From an uncultured Hellea sp. (lineage in GTDB: Bacteria > Pseudomonadota > Alphaproteobacteria > Caulobacterales > Maricaulaceae): 57,526 nt of DNA. The translations under genes and the position numbers were made by a program. Location: contig CAYXEB010000001.1 in the NCBI GenBank assembly GCA_964463835.1, forward strand, positions 1 through 57,526, in the 5' to 3' direction. This document shows, piece after piece, positions 29,475-38,719 of this stretch; within the stretch, counting starts at the first letter, position 1, and every line of letters begins with the position of its first letter. The notes below the pieces were generated by a model that ran no database searches, was not told where the DNA came from, and worked only from the letters and a program-made list of their open reading frames with translations.

Positions 29475-30501
29475 ACATCCCCTCGCCTGTTCTAATATGA
29501 TTTATAACGGCGTGAATATTTTCTATTTTAACATCTGGGGTAACTCCATGACCTAAATTAAAAATATGAGGACCAGAAGCATTATCTAAAATATTTTGTA
29601 CAGATTGTCTTAAAACATTACCGCCTATTCTCAAAGCAAGCGGATCTAAATTCCCTTGATACGGCATATTTTCAGGAATTTGTGACCTTATCTTTTTCAT
29701 ATTAACATCTGTTCCTAAAGCCAGAGCTGTAATACCTGTCTGTTTTGCATAATCATATATATTCAGACCTGCTCCTCTAGGAAATCCAATAATAGGTTTT
29801 TTGATACCAACCTGCCGAACTAAGAATATTATTTCTTTTGTCGGACGTATAACAAGTTTATCGAATAATTCCGGCGAAAGCCCTTCTGCCCAACTTTCAA
29901 ATATTTTTAAAACATCTGCGCCAGCTTTAGCTTGCCCTATTAAATAATCCGCACTTGTTTTTACCAAAGCCGTTAATAAATCATCCATCGCTTCAGGGTT
30001 TTCATAAGCAAATCTTTTTGCAACTTCCTTAGTAGGTGATCCTTTTCCTTCAATCATATAGGTGGCGACAGTCCAAGGTCCCCCGCAAAATCCTATGAGA
30101 GCTTTATTTTTATTAAGAGACTTTCGTACTAAACTCACAGTTTCAAATACGGATGATATTTTATCTAAATTAAACTCTTTAGAAAATTCAGATATTTTCT
30201 TTTTTGATATAGGAGATAAAATAGGACCAACGCCTTTTTGAAAACTAACATCAGTGCCTAAAATAATTGGTATGAGTAATATATCGGCAAATAATATTGC
30301 GGCGTCCATATCATAGCGATCTACCGGTTGTAATGTTACCTTAGCCGCTTTTTCTGGAGTTAAACAAAAATCAATAAAGTTTTTAGTGGTTTTACGAACG
30401 GCTAAATATTCAGGTAAATGTCGCCCGGCTTGTCGCATCATCCATATTGGGGGAATGTTTTGTTTTTGTCCGTTTAGAACTTTGAGTATTTTGGATGTCA
30501 A
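29467..30501 (-). CDS. hemE: uroporphyrinogen decarboxylase
   Basis: PPIWMMRQAGR, IGFCGGPWTVATY, QGNLDP, IFNLGHG. Confidence 0.96.
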   Translation of the reverse strand: MTSKILKVLNGQKQNIPPIWMMRQAGRHLPEYLAVRKTTKNFIDFCLTPEKAAKVTLQPVDRYDMDAAILFADILLIPIILGTDVSFQKGVGPILSPISKKKISEFSKEFNLDKISSVFETVSLVRKSLNKNKALIGFCGGPWTVATYMIEGKGSPTKEVAKRFAYENPEAMDDLLTALVKTSADYLIGQAKAGADVLKIFESWAEGLSPELFDKLVIRPTKEIIFLVRQVGIKKPIIGFPRGAGLNIYDYAKQTGITALALGTDVNMKKIRSQIPENMPYQGNLDPLALRIGGNVLRQSVQNILDNASGPHIFNLGHGVTPDVKIENIHAVINHIRTGEGMYV

Positions 30502-30898
30502 AATTTTGTCCCAATAGTGAGTATAATTTCTTTGTCCTTATATTTTTTTATTAAAGAGTGATAGTAATAGAAAAGTGAATTTTGGGATATTTGGATAACT
30601 TTGAAATTTAACTGTGGCTTATTTGAATAACCTTTCAGTTTTATAACTAAAATCATGATGTTGTATAAAATTGTATAATTTATATAGATACTTGTTTTTA
30701 CTATATAAAATTATGTATAAATATATACAATAAAGAGGATAAAACTTTATCCTTTTTTATACATGTATAATTTTAAAAATTATGCCGTGTGTATTATGTG
30801 TTGATAAAATGTATTTTTAAGCCCAGCTTTAGATTTTTCAATTATCAGACTCTTAATCTGTGAATTGTTTTTTATATCTTAGGACATTTGATTAAATT
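30502..30898. other. probable chromosomal replication origin (oriC)
   Basis: The hemE / DUF299-maf-aroE-coaE-dnaQ intergenic position is the established origin site in Caulobacter and relatives. Very AT-rich (7 G+C in 30661-30720). One-mismatch DnaA boxes at 30590-30598, 30622-30630, 30712-30720, 30788-30796 and 30799-30807. DnaA-trio-like repeats are present, flanking genes diverge, and parS lies about 6 kb away. Confidence 0.85.
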
Positions 30899-31735
30899 AT
30901 GACTGAGCGAAATAAAAACATTTCTATATATTTTCACGTTCATTTAGTTTCAGATTCAACGGGTGAAACCCTTGTTGCAATGATGAAAGCTTCAACAGCT
31001 CAGTTTAGAAATGCTACGGCTTTAGAGCACCTTCATACTTTAATTCGAAGCGAACAGCAGCTTGAGGAAACGTTAAATGATATAGAGATGAAACCAGGGA
31101 TCGTTCTTTATACCTTGGTCAACGAAAGCCGGAGAAAAATGTTGGAAGCCCGGTGTGCGAAGCTAAATATTCCCGCTATTTCGATTTTAGATCCTACTTT
31201 GTCTGTTTTAGGAAGATATTTGGGGGCTTCAATGATTAGCGAAGTTGGAGCCCAAAGAAATTTAGATGCAGAATATTATAATCGTATAGAAGCTTTGGAT
31301 TTTGCTATGGCGCAAGATGATGGGCAAAATGTTCAGGGTTTGAAAGATGCTGATATAATTTTGTTAGGCGTTAGCCGGACTTCGAAAACACCGACATGTA
31401 TTTATTTAGCAAATCGAGGGTTTAAAGCAGGGAATATTCCATTGGTTCCAAATGCGCCTTTACCAACGATATTGGATAATTTTAAAAACCCTTTTATCGT
31501 AGGCCTTGTGGCTGCGCCTGACCGAATAGTTCAAATTCGTGAGCAGAGATTAATGGGTCTTAGACAAAACGAACAAACGGATTATATTAATGTTAACCGA
31601 GTTAGAGACGAGATGCGTCAAGCAAAAAGGATGTTTATCAAAAAAGGCTATAAGGTTATTGATGTAACACGAAAGTCGATTGAGGAAACGTCGGCTTTGA
31701 TTATAAAAAGTTATAAAGATAGACATGAGTCATGA
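30899..31735 (+). CDS. ppsR: pyruvate,water dikinase regulatory protein (kinase/pyrophosphorylase, DUF299)
   Basis: HLVSDSTGET, DDG, GVSRTSKTPTCIYLA, DVTRKSIEET. Confidence 0.92.
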   Translation: MTERNKNISIYFHVHLVSDSTGETLVAMMKASTAQFRNATALEHLHTLIRSEQQLEETLNDIEMKPGIVLYTLVNESRRKMLEARCAKLNIPAISILDPTLSVLGRYLGASMISEVGAQRNLDAEYYNRIEALDFAMAQDDGQNVQGLKDADIILLGVSRTSKTPTCIYLANRGFKAGNIPLVPNAPLPTILDNFKNPFIVGLVAAPDRIVQIREQRLMGLRQNEQTDYINVNRVRDEMRQAKRMFIKKGYKVIDVTRKSIEETSALIIKSYKDRHES

Positions 31736-32331
31736 CGGGATCAAAAATTATTTTAGCGTCAGGGAGCGCTATTAGGCGAGAGTTACTCACTAATGCAGGT
31801 ATAAAATTCGATGTGATTACGAAACCTGTCGATGAAGCGGCTATTAAAGCCTCATTGTTAAATGAAGGTGCGTCTGTAAGAAATATCGCCGATGCTTTAG
31901 CAGAGGCGAAGTCAGTAAGGGTAAGTGCTCAAAACGAAGGACTAGTCATTGGGGCGGACCAGATTATGACAATGGACGGTATTTTATATGATAAGCCGAT
32001 ATCATTAGCTGAAGCTAAAAACCGACTCATGAAAATGCGTGGAAAAACGCATTATTTAATTGGTTCAGTGGTTATAAGCGAGGCAGGACATGCGATTTGG
32101 AGATATATGTCTAAAACAAAACTAGATATGAGGCCGTTCTCTGAAGAGTTTCTCGATCAGTATATAGAAGCTGAGGGCGAAACAATTTTACAATCTGTAG
32201 GGGGCTATCGTTTTGAAGGTAGAGGGTCTCAGTTATTTTCAAAGGTAGAGGGTGATTTTTTTTCGATTTTGGGATTATCGCTTCTTCCAGTGTTAGACTT
32301 TCTGCGTGACAGAGGGGCGATTTCTAAATGA
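31732..32331 (+). CDS. maf: Maf family nucleoside triphosphate pyrophosphatase
   Basis: ILASGS, VIGADQ, GDFFSILGL. Confidence 0.92.
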   Translation: MTGSKIILASGSAIRRELLTNAGIKFDVITKPVDEAAIKASLLNEGASVRNIADALAEAKSVRVSAQNEGLVIGADQIMTMDGILYDKPISLAEAKNRLMKMRGKTHYLIGSVVISEAGHAIWRYMSKTKLDMRPFSEEFLDQYIEAEGETILQSVGGYRFEGRGSQLFSKVEGDFFSILGLSLLPVLDFLRDRGAISK

Positions 32332-33170
32332 GCGATGTTATGAAGCTTGCGGGTGTATGTGGTTGGCCAATACATCATTCATTGTCGCCAATAATTCACA
32401 ATTTTTGGCTAAAAGCTCTTGGGATTAAAGGGGCTTATGTTCATTTTGCGGTAAGACCTGATAAGGCTGTAAAGGCCTTTGAGAGTTTAAAACAGACATC
32501 AATTGCAGGTGTAAACGTAACTCTGCCATTAAAGTCATTAGCGTTCCAATCAGCGGATGAACATAGTTCTGACGCATTAAAATTAGGGGTTGCGAATTGT
32601 CTATATAAAAAGTCAGGCCTTTTAATTGCGCATAATACGGACATGCAAGGGTTCGCGGCGCCTTTAATTAAGCGCTTGGGGGGCGCTAGTCTTGCAAATA
32701 AGTCTGCGTTGATAATTGGGACAGGGGGAGCGGCTAAAGCTGTTATAGGCGCTTTATTATCCTTAAATGTTCCGGAAATACGAGTTTGCGGACGCAATGA
32801 CCAATTAGCAGAAAATATAGCCTCGTCAGTAAATGTTCCCAGTATATATAATATTCCTTGGGATCAACGCGAAATAGCGGTCAAAAACTCTGGGCTTATA
32901 GTGAATGCGAGCGCGGGGGGTATGGCAGGAAAAGGCCAGCTTGATTTAGATTTGTCGGGGATAGAACCAAGTTGTTTTGTCTATGACCTTGTTTATACGC
33001 CAAGAGAAACACCGCTATTGAAAAATGCGAAAGCTATGGGGTGTGAAACGCTAGGCGGTATTGAAATGTTAATCGCGCAGGCGAGGCCGTCTTTTAAGTA
33101 TTTTTACGGTCAGTTACCGGATGAAAGCCTCGACCCAACGCAAGTTCTGTTGAAAGAACTTGGGGGCTAA
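32328..33170 (+). CDS. aroE: shikimate dehydrogenase
   Basis: HSLSP, NVTLPLK, NTD, GTGGAA, DLVYTP. Confidence 0.93.
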   Translation: MSDVMKLAGVCGWPIHHSLSPIIHNFWLKALGIKGAYVHFAVRPDKAVKAFESLKQTSIAGVNVTLPLKSLAFQSADEHSSDALKLGVANCLYKKSGLLIAHNTDMQGFAAPLIKRLGGASLANKSALIIGTGGAAKAVIGALLSLNVPEIRVCGRNDQLAENIASSVNVPSIYNIPWDQREIAVKNSGLIVNASAGGMAGKGQLDLDLSGIEPSCFVYDLVYTPRETPLLKNAKAMGCETLGGIEMLIAQARPSFKYFYGQLPDESLDPTQVLLKELGG

Positions 33171-33173
33171 GAC

Positions 33174-33773
33174 GTGATAATTATAGGGATTACCGGGTCT
33201 ATTGGCATGGGGAAAACCACGACGGCGCGCATGTTTAAAGATGCGGGGTGTCCAGTCTTTGACGCTGATAAAGCTGTGCACGATTTATATAAAAAAGGCG
33301 GGGAAGCTGTCCCGATTATAAGGGCTGTGTTTCCTGAGGCTATAAAAAACGGGGCTATTGATAGAGGTATACTCGGTGGTTATATGCGCAAAGACCCTAT
33401 CCATCTGCAGGTTCTAGAAAGCTTTATTCATCCTTTGGTCGGCGATAAAAGGTCGCGGTTTTTCGAAGATAACCAGTCGGCAGATATAGTTGTATTAGAT
33501 ATACCCTTATTATTCGAAACCAGTCTTGATGAATCTGTTGACCATATTGTCGTCGTGACAGCGCCTACTAAAATACAGCGCGAGAGAGTTATGTCCCGCG
33601 CGGGTATGACAGAAGAGCTATTTACGGCCCTTTTGTCCAAACAAATGCCGGATGCATTGAAAAGAAAAAGCGCTGATACACTTATTTTTACTGATAAGGG
33701 GCTAGAAAATGCGAGAGAACAGGTTCATTCCCTATTGAATAAATTACGGGATAAAGCACGAGATGAACGGTAA
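33174..33773 (+). CDS. coaE: dephospho-CoA kinase
   Basis: GITGSIGMGKTT, DADKAVH, DIPLLFE. Confidence 0.95.
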   Translation: MIIIGITGSIGMGKTTTARMFKDAGCPVFDADKAVHDLYKKGGEAVPIIRAVFPEAIKNGAIDRGILGGYMRKDPIHLQVLESFIHPLVGDKRSRFFEDNQSADIVVLDIPLLFETSLDESVDHIVVVTAPTKIQRERVMSRAGMTEELFTALLSKQMPDALKRKSADTLIFTDKGLENAREQVHSLLNKLRDKARDER

Positions 33774-34485
33774 AAGGGAAATTGTTTTTGATACGGAAAC
33801 CACTGGGTTTGATGCTAAAGGCGATGACCGTATTACGGAAATCGGATGCGTCGAAATTATAGATTTTCTGCCGACCGGGAAACAATTTCATGCTTATATT
33901 AATCCGAGAAGAACAGTTCCAGAAAAAGTCACAGAAATTACGGGGCTTACCCAAGAGTTTCTAATCGAGAATGGTGTTTTTTTTGAAGACGCGGCGCAGG
34001 ACTTTCTAAATTTCATCGGCGATAGTAAATTGGTGGCGCATAATGCGGATTTTGACCGCGCCTTTATAAATGCGGAATTAGACCGGACGGGGTTTGCGCC
34101 GATAGTAAGAAGTCGTTTCACAGATACTTTGCAAATAGCGCGTGAGAAATTTCCAGGATCTCCAGCGTCACTTGATGCGTTATGTAAACGCTTCGGGGTG
34201 TCTCTATCGTCTCGAAATAAGCATGGGGCCATAATCGATTCGGAATTATTAGCCGAGGTTTATTTACAATTAAATGGCGGCCGGGCGCGCTCGTTAGATC
34301 TTGAGGTGTCAAGCAGCGTAAGTGCATCAAATAAAAATGCCTCCACGGAGTATCAACCTCGCCCGCAACCATTGAAACCTCTATTGTCAGATGAAGAGTT
34401 GAAATCTCACCAGGCCTTTATTTCATCGCTTGGGGATGACATGGTTTGGAACCGGTATTGGCGTCGGTCAGAGGCTAATATTTAA
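33763..34485 (+). CDS. dnaQ: DNA polymerase III subunit epsilon
   Basis: DTETTG, HNADFD, SLDALCKR, HGAIIDSELLAEVY. Confidence 0.96.
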   Translation: MNGKREIVFDTETTGFDAKGDDRITEIGCVEIIDFLPTGKQFHAYINPRRTVPEKVTEITGLTQEFLIENGVFFEDAAQDFLNFIGDSKLVAHNADFDRAFINAELDRTGFAPIVRSRFTDTLQIAREKFPGSPASLDALCKRFGVSLSSRNKHGAIIDSELLAEVYLQLNGGRARSLDLEVSSSVSASNKNASTEYQPRPQPLKPLLSDEELKSHQAFISSLGDDMVWNRYWRRSEANI

Positions 34486-35330
34486 GAGCCTAAGCAGTTT
34501 ATATAAGCTTTCTGGTTTTTTCGGGTTAAACCCGTGATAGGCCGATGCTCTATCGCGTAATCCGTGACAAGGATATCTGCGTTTCGGGCTTTGCTTTCAC
34601 TCCATTGGTGACCCACCTTTCCTAATATGAGAATGTTTTTCTCATTAAGACGCTGGATTAATTTTGTGTCAGTTATAGCTTTGCTAACCCAAGCCATCGC
34701 TTGCCCTTCTGGGTATCCTAAAGCGTCGCGTGATCTTTGGGTAGGGATTGAAATAAGCATTTCGGGTGCCAGCCGAGATAGCTTTTTAGCTTGTCCAGCA
34801 TTGTAGGAAATTAGGATGACATATTTGGACATCTCAAATTCGCGTATAAGCTCAATGACATACTCATAATTTGCGCTGCTTTTAAAATCGATCTCAAGAT
34901 AAGCGCGTCCTTTGATTTCTGAGAGATAATCTTCAAGCTTTGGGATTCGCTGGGAGGTATATCTTGATTGCGTATCTTTTAAAATGAACTCACTGGCTTG
35001 AGCCCAGCTTGTAGCTGCGACAACGCCTTTTCCTGTAGATCCCTTTTCCCATACGCCGTCATGATATAGAATATGTGTATTGTCCTTGAGCCGTGAGACA
35101 TCAATTTCGGACATGAGATAACCCCGGTCGAGTAGATATTTGAGCGCTTCAATGGAGTTTTCTGCATAAGAGCTCCCTCTTGAGGTTCCCCGGTGGGCGG
35201 AAATGAGCGCGGCTTCTTTGGGGAGACAGCTAAGTTGTTTGATTAGCGGTGGTAAGGGGCCGTCCAGTTTTGGGGGCTGAACACCGCAGGCCATAAGGCA
35301 TAACGGGAGAAGAAAAGTGAGATAACGCAT
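34482..35330 (-). CDS. glycerophosphodiester phosphodiesterase family lipoprotein
   Basis: ATG at 35330 (MRYLTFLLPLCLMAC lipobox); SAHRG, ENS, EIDV, HD, EIDFK. Confidence 0.85.
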   Translation of the reverse strand: MRYLTFLLPLCLMACGVQPPKLDGPLPPLIKQLSCLPKEAALISAHRGTSRGSSYAENSIEALKYLLDRGYLMSEIDVSRLKDNTHILYHDGVWEKGSTGKGVVAATSWAQASEFILKDTQSRYTSQRIPKLEDYLSEIKGRAYLEIDFKSSANYEYVIELIREFEMSKYVILISYNAGQAKKLSRLAPEMLISIPTQRSRDALGYPEGQAMAWVSKAITDTKLIQRLNEKNILILGKVGHQWSESKARNADILVTDYAIEHRPITGLTRKNQKAYINCLGS

Positions 35331-35386
35331 TTGGGTTACTTTATCAGGCTTTTCATAAACAAAAAGGGGGGATAAAGGCACTTACG

Positions 35387-36721
35387 ATGGCTTTGCATAA
35401 TGATACGATTTTTTCACTAAGCTCTGCGCCTGGACGTGCGGGTGTCTCCGTTTTTCGCGTTAGTGGCGAGGCGGCGGGTAATGTTTTGGATAATCTCTTA
35501 AATTCATCAAGACCAGTGCCTCGTAAAGCGAGTTTGAAAAAATTATATGGCGGCGACGGACTCATTGATGAAGCGCTTGTTTTGTGGATGCCTGGACCCA
35601 AAAGTTTTACCGGGGAAGACTGCGTAGAATTTCATGTTCACGGTAGCCCAGCAGTTATAGAAGCGCTTGCGATGGCTCTCCTTCAAAAAAAATGTCGTCA
35701 AGCCTTGCCAGGGGAGTTTACGCGTCGAGCCTTTGAAAATAATAAAATGGATTTAACAGAGGCCGAAGGGTTGGCTGATCTGATTAACGCGGAAACACAA
35801 GGCCAGCGCAAACAAGCCATGCGTCAGATGCAAGGCGGATTGCGAGAGTTATATAATGGGTGGAGAGAAACTCTTTTAGACGCACTAGCGCAAATAGAGG
35901 GAGAAATTGATTTTCCCGATGAAGGCGATATTCCAGATGGTCTGTCTCATAAAGCCTATCCCTATTTGAAAGATACCATGGTTTCCATGGAAAGCAGCTT
36001 GTCTGGAGCTCACCGAGGGGAACGTGTGAGGTCTGGCTTGGATATCACAATAATAGGGGCCCCAAATTCTGGAAAATCTAGCATTATCAATTACTTATCG
36101 GATAGAGATGTTGCAATTATTTCGAATATTGCTGGAACAACACGTGATATTATAGACGTGCAATTAAACTTAGGCGGGCTGCCTGTGCGTTTATCAGATA
36201 CGGCGGGGCTTCGCGATACAAGTGACGTTATAGAGGCTGAAGGTGTTAGGCGCGCGAGAACCAGGGCACAAGAGAGCGATATCCGTATCTATGTACAGGA
36301 TAGCACAAATGGGGACTGGGATATGTCGGCCTTATCTAAATTATCAGATTTGGATTTTGTTTTAATCAATAAGGTCGATCTCCAGGACTTAACTGTGCCC
36401 CCTGCTCTAAAGCCCAATTATTTTTATGTTAGCGCTTTGACGGGTGAAAATCTTGAGGTTTTTCGTGATGCATTGGAACGGCGCGTTATAGAGATGTTTA
36501 GCCCAAGCCAAGATGCGGGCCTTACCCGTGCCCGGCACCGCGATTGCGTTGAGCGAGCAAATCAAGCCGTTGGTTCAGCCTTAAATCATTTAGGAGCTGC
36601 CCCTGAACTCGCGGGTGATGATGTCCGAAGCGCGTTACAGGCGTTGAAGGAATTGGCAGGAGAGGTTGATATTGAAGTGGTTTTTGATCGGATATTTTCT
36701 AGATTTTGCGTGGGGAAGTGA
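35387..36721 (+). CDS. mnmE: tRNA modification GTPase MnmE
   Basis: SFTGED, GAPNSGKS, GTTRD, DTAG, NKVD, FSRFCVGK. Confidence 0.97.
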   Translation: MALHNDTIFSLSSAPGRAGVSVFRVSGEAAGNVLDNLLNSSRPVPRKASLKKLYGGDGLIDEALVLWMPGPKSFTGEDCVEFHVHGSPAVIEALAMALLQKKCRQALPGEFTRRAFENNKMDLTEAEGLADLINAETQGQRKQAMRQMQGGLRELYNGWRETLLDALAQIEGEIDFPDEGDIPDGLSHKAYPYLKDTMVSMESSLSGAHRGERVRSGLDITIIGAPNSGKSSIINYLSDRDVAIISNIAGTTRDIIDVQLNLGGLPVRLSDTAGLRDTSDVIEAEGVRRARTRAQESDIRIYVQDSTNGDWDMSALSKLSDLDFVLINKVDLQDLTVPPALKPNYFYVSALTGENLEVFRDALERRVIEMFSPSQDAGLTRARHRDCVERANQAVGSALNHLGAAPELAGDDVRSALQALKELAGEVDIEVVFDRIFSRFCVGK

Positions 36722-36737
36722 TGTTTCACGTGAAACA
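36722..36737. promoter_or_regulatory. parS site 1
   Basis: Perfect TGTTTCACGTGAAACA; the palindrome extends over 36720-36739. Confidence 0.95.
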
Positions 36738-36768
36738 TCTAATGCGTTTTACGGAATAAACTGAACTA

Positions 36769-36796
36769 TCGACATCCTAACCTTGCAGCGCTATAG
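36769..36796 (+). promoter_or_regulatory. putative sigma70 promoter of mnmG-rsmG-parA-parB
   Basis: TCGACA-N15-GCTATAG, resembling alphaproteobacterial housekeeping promoters. Confidence 0.5.
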
Positions 36797-36828
36797 GCGC
36801 GCACAGAATAAATTTATCAATGGATATA

Positions 36829-36844
36829 TGTTTCACGTGAAACA
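36829..36844. promoter_or_regulatory. parS site 2
   Basis: Perfect TGTTTCACGTGAAACA; the palindrome extends to 22 bp (36826-36847). Confidence 0.95.
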
Positions 36845-36856
36845 TATGGAGCGGAT

Positions 36857-38719
36857 ATGCCAAAAACATGGGATGTCATAGTTATAGGTGGGGGTCACGC
36901 TGGATGTGACGCTGCGGCAGCCTCTGCGCGTCTGGGTGCAAAGACGCTGTTACTGACGCATAAACTCGGGTCTATTGGTGAAATGTCATGCAATCCAGCG
37001 ATTGGGGGGCTTGGTAAAGGACATCTTGTTCGAGAAGTAGATGCTTTAGACGGGGTTATGGCCCGTGTTGCGGATGTATCCGGTATTCAGTTTCGTTTGT
37101 TAAATAGGTCTAAAGGCCCCGCCGTAAGGGGGCCTCGAACACAATCAGACCGTTGGCTCTATAAGCAATCCATGCAGGCTATTCTGGGCGACTATAGTAA
37201 TTTGACGCTTAAGGCCGCCTCCGTTGATGACTTGATTGTCAAAAATGATAGAGTTATTGGCGTTACAGATGCTGGAGGAAAAAATTACTTTTCCGAACGC
37301 GTTATTCTGACAACAGGAACCTTCCTGAGGGGGGAAATACATATTGGGCATGAGCGCACGCCTGCTGGCCGATATGGGGATGCACCAGCAATTGGGTTGG
37401 CAGATAGGCTATATGGCCTCGGTTTTAAGATTGCGAGATTAAAGACGGGGACGCCGGCGCGCATATCTAAAGCGTCAATAGATTGGGACGCACTTGAGAA
37501 ACAAGATGCTGATGATGTGCCTGTCCCTTTTTCATTTTTAACAAATAAAATTACGGTTCCTCAAGTCTCTTGCGCGATTACGTATACAAATGAAAAAACT
37601 CACCGAGTTATAAGCGAAAATATAAAGAAATCAGCACTTTACGGAGGCGGAATTTCAGGGAAAGGCCCGCGGTATTGCCCGTCAGTAGAAGATAAGGTTG
37701 TCAGATTTGCGGATCGGAACCGTCATCAGATTTTTCTAGAGCCTGAGGGTTTAGAGAATAATCCTGACGGGGATACGGTGTATCCAAATGGTATTTCTAC
37801 ATCTCTTCCAGAAAATGTTCAGGACGCTTTCATGCGGACAATCAAGGGATTGGAAAACATAAAGGTTAAGCGTTACGGATATGCGATAGAATATGATTAT
37901 GTCGATCCGCGAGAGTTAAGGGTAACTTTGGAAACCCGCCGTTTGCCGGGTCTTTATTTAGCGGGCCAGATTAATGGAACAACGGGGTATGAGGAAGCCG
38001 CAGCACAGGGCGTTATTGCTGGATTTAATGCCGCTCTCGCGGCATCAGGGTCTCAACCCTTCATATTAGACCGAAGCCAAGCTTATATCGGCGTGATGAT
38101 TGATGACCTTATTACAAAGGGCGTTACTGAGCCTTATCGTATGTTTACTAGCCGCGCAGAATACAGGCTGTTATTGCGTGCGGATAATGCGGACCAACGC
38201 CTGACGGAGCTTGGTATGGCAATTGGCGCGATCGGGAGTGAAAGAGCTCAGTCTTATGCTATAAAAAAGGAAAATCTCAAAAAAGCGAAGGTTTTAGGGA
38301 CCGAGCTGCAAGACACGCCTAATAATTTAAAGAACAAAGGGCTTAAAGTTAATCAGGACGGGGTGAAACGAAGTGTCCAAGATTTATTAGCTTATCCAAA
38401 TATTGCAATTAAGGATCTTGAGCCTATATGGCCCCAGCTAGCGGATTTGCCTGCATATGCTAAGGATTATCTCGAAACAGAAGCGTTATATTCAGGATAT
38501 ATTGAGCGTCAGGCCAGAGATATCGCCGCATTTCAAAGAGATGAAGGATTACGTATCCCCGAAGGGCTAAATTATTCTGATATTGGGGGTCTTTCAAATG
38601 AGGTGCGGAGCAAGCTCGAAAATGTGCGTCCAGCGACGCTAGGGCAGGCGGCGCGGATTGAAGGCGTCACGCCGGGCGCCTTAACCGCTGTTTTGGCCTA
38701 CCTCCGAAAAGCGGGATAA
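36857..38719 (+). CDS. mnmG: tRNA uridine 5-carboxymethylaminomethyl modification enzyme MnmG (GidA)
   Basis: [38 protein letters not shown]. Confidence 0.98.
   Translation: MPKTWDVIVIGGGHAGCDAAAASARLGAKTLLLTHKLGSIGEMSCNPAIGGLGKGHLVREVDALDGVMARVADVSGIQFRLLNRSKGPAVRGPRTQSDRWLYKQSMQAILGDYSNLTLKAASVDDLIVKNDRVIGVTDAGGKNYFSERVILTTGTFLRGEIHIGHERTPAGRYGDAPAIGLADRLYGLGFKIARLKTGTPARISKASIDWDALEKQDADDVPVPFSFLTNKITVPQVSCAITYTNEKTHRVISENIKKSALYGGGISGKGPRYCPSVEDKVVRFADRNRHQIFLEPEGLENNPDGDTVYPNGISTSLPENVQDAFMRTIKGLENIKVKRYGYAIEYDYVDPRELRVTLETRRLPGLYLAGQINGTTGYEEAAAQGVIAGFNAALAASGSQPFILDRSQAYIGVMIDDLITKGVTEPYRMFTSRAEYRLLLRADNADQRLTELGMAIGAIGSERAQSYAIKKENLKKAKVLGTELQDTPNNLKNKGLKVNQDGVKRSVQDLLAYPNIAIKDLEPIWPQLADLPAYAKDYLETEALYSGYIERQARDIAAFQRDEGLRIPEGLNYSDIGGLSNEVRSKLENVRPATLGQAARIEGVTPGALTAVLAYLRKAG

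Noticed and set aside
26579-30900. AT-rich stretch as a horizontally acquired island
   Set aside because: It contains core genes (rho, hemJ, hemE) in their usual origin-proximal position and no mobility genes.
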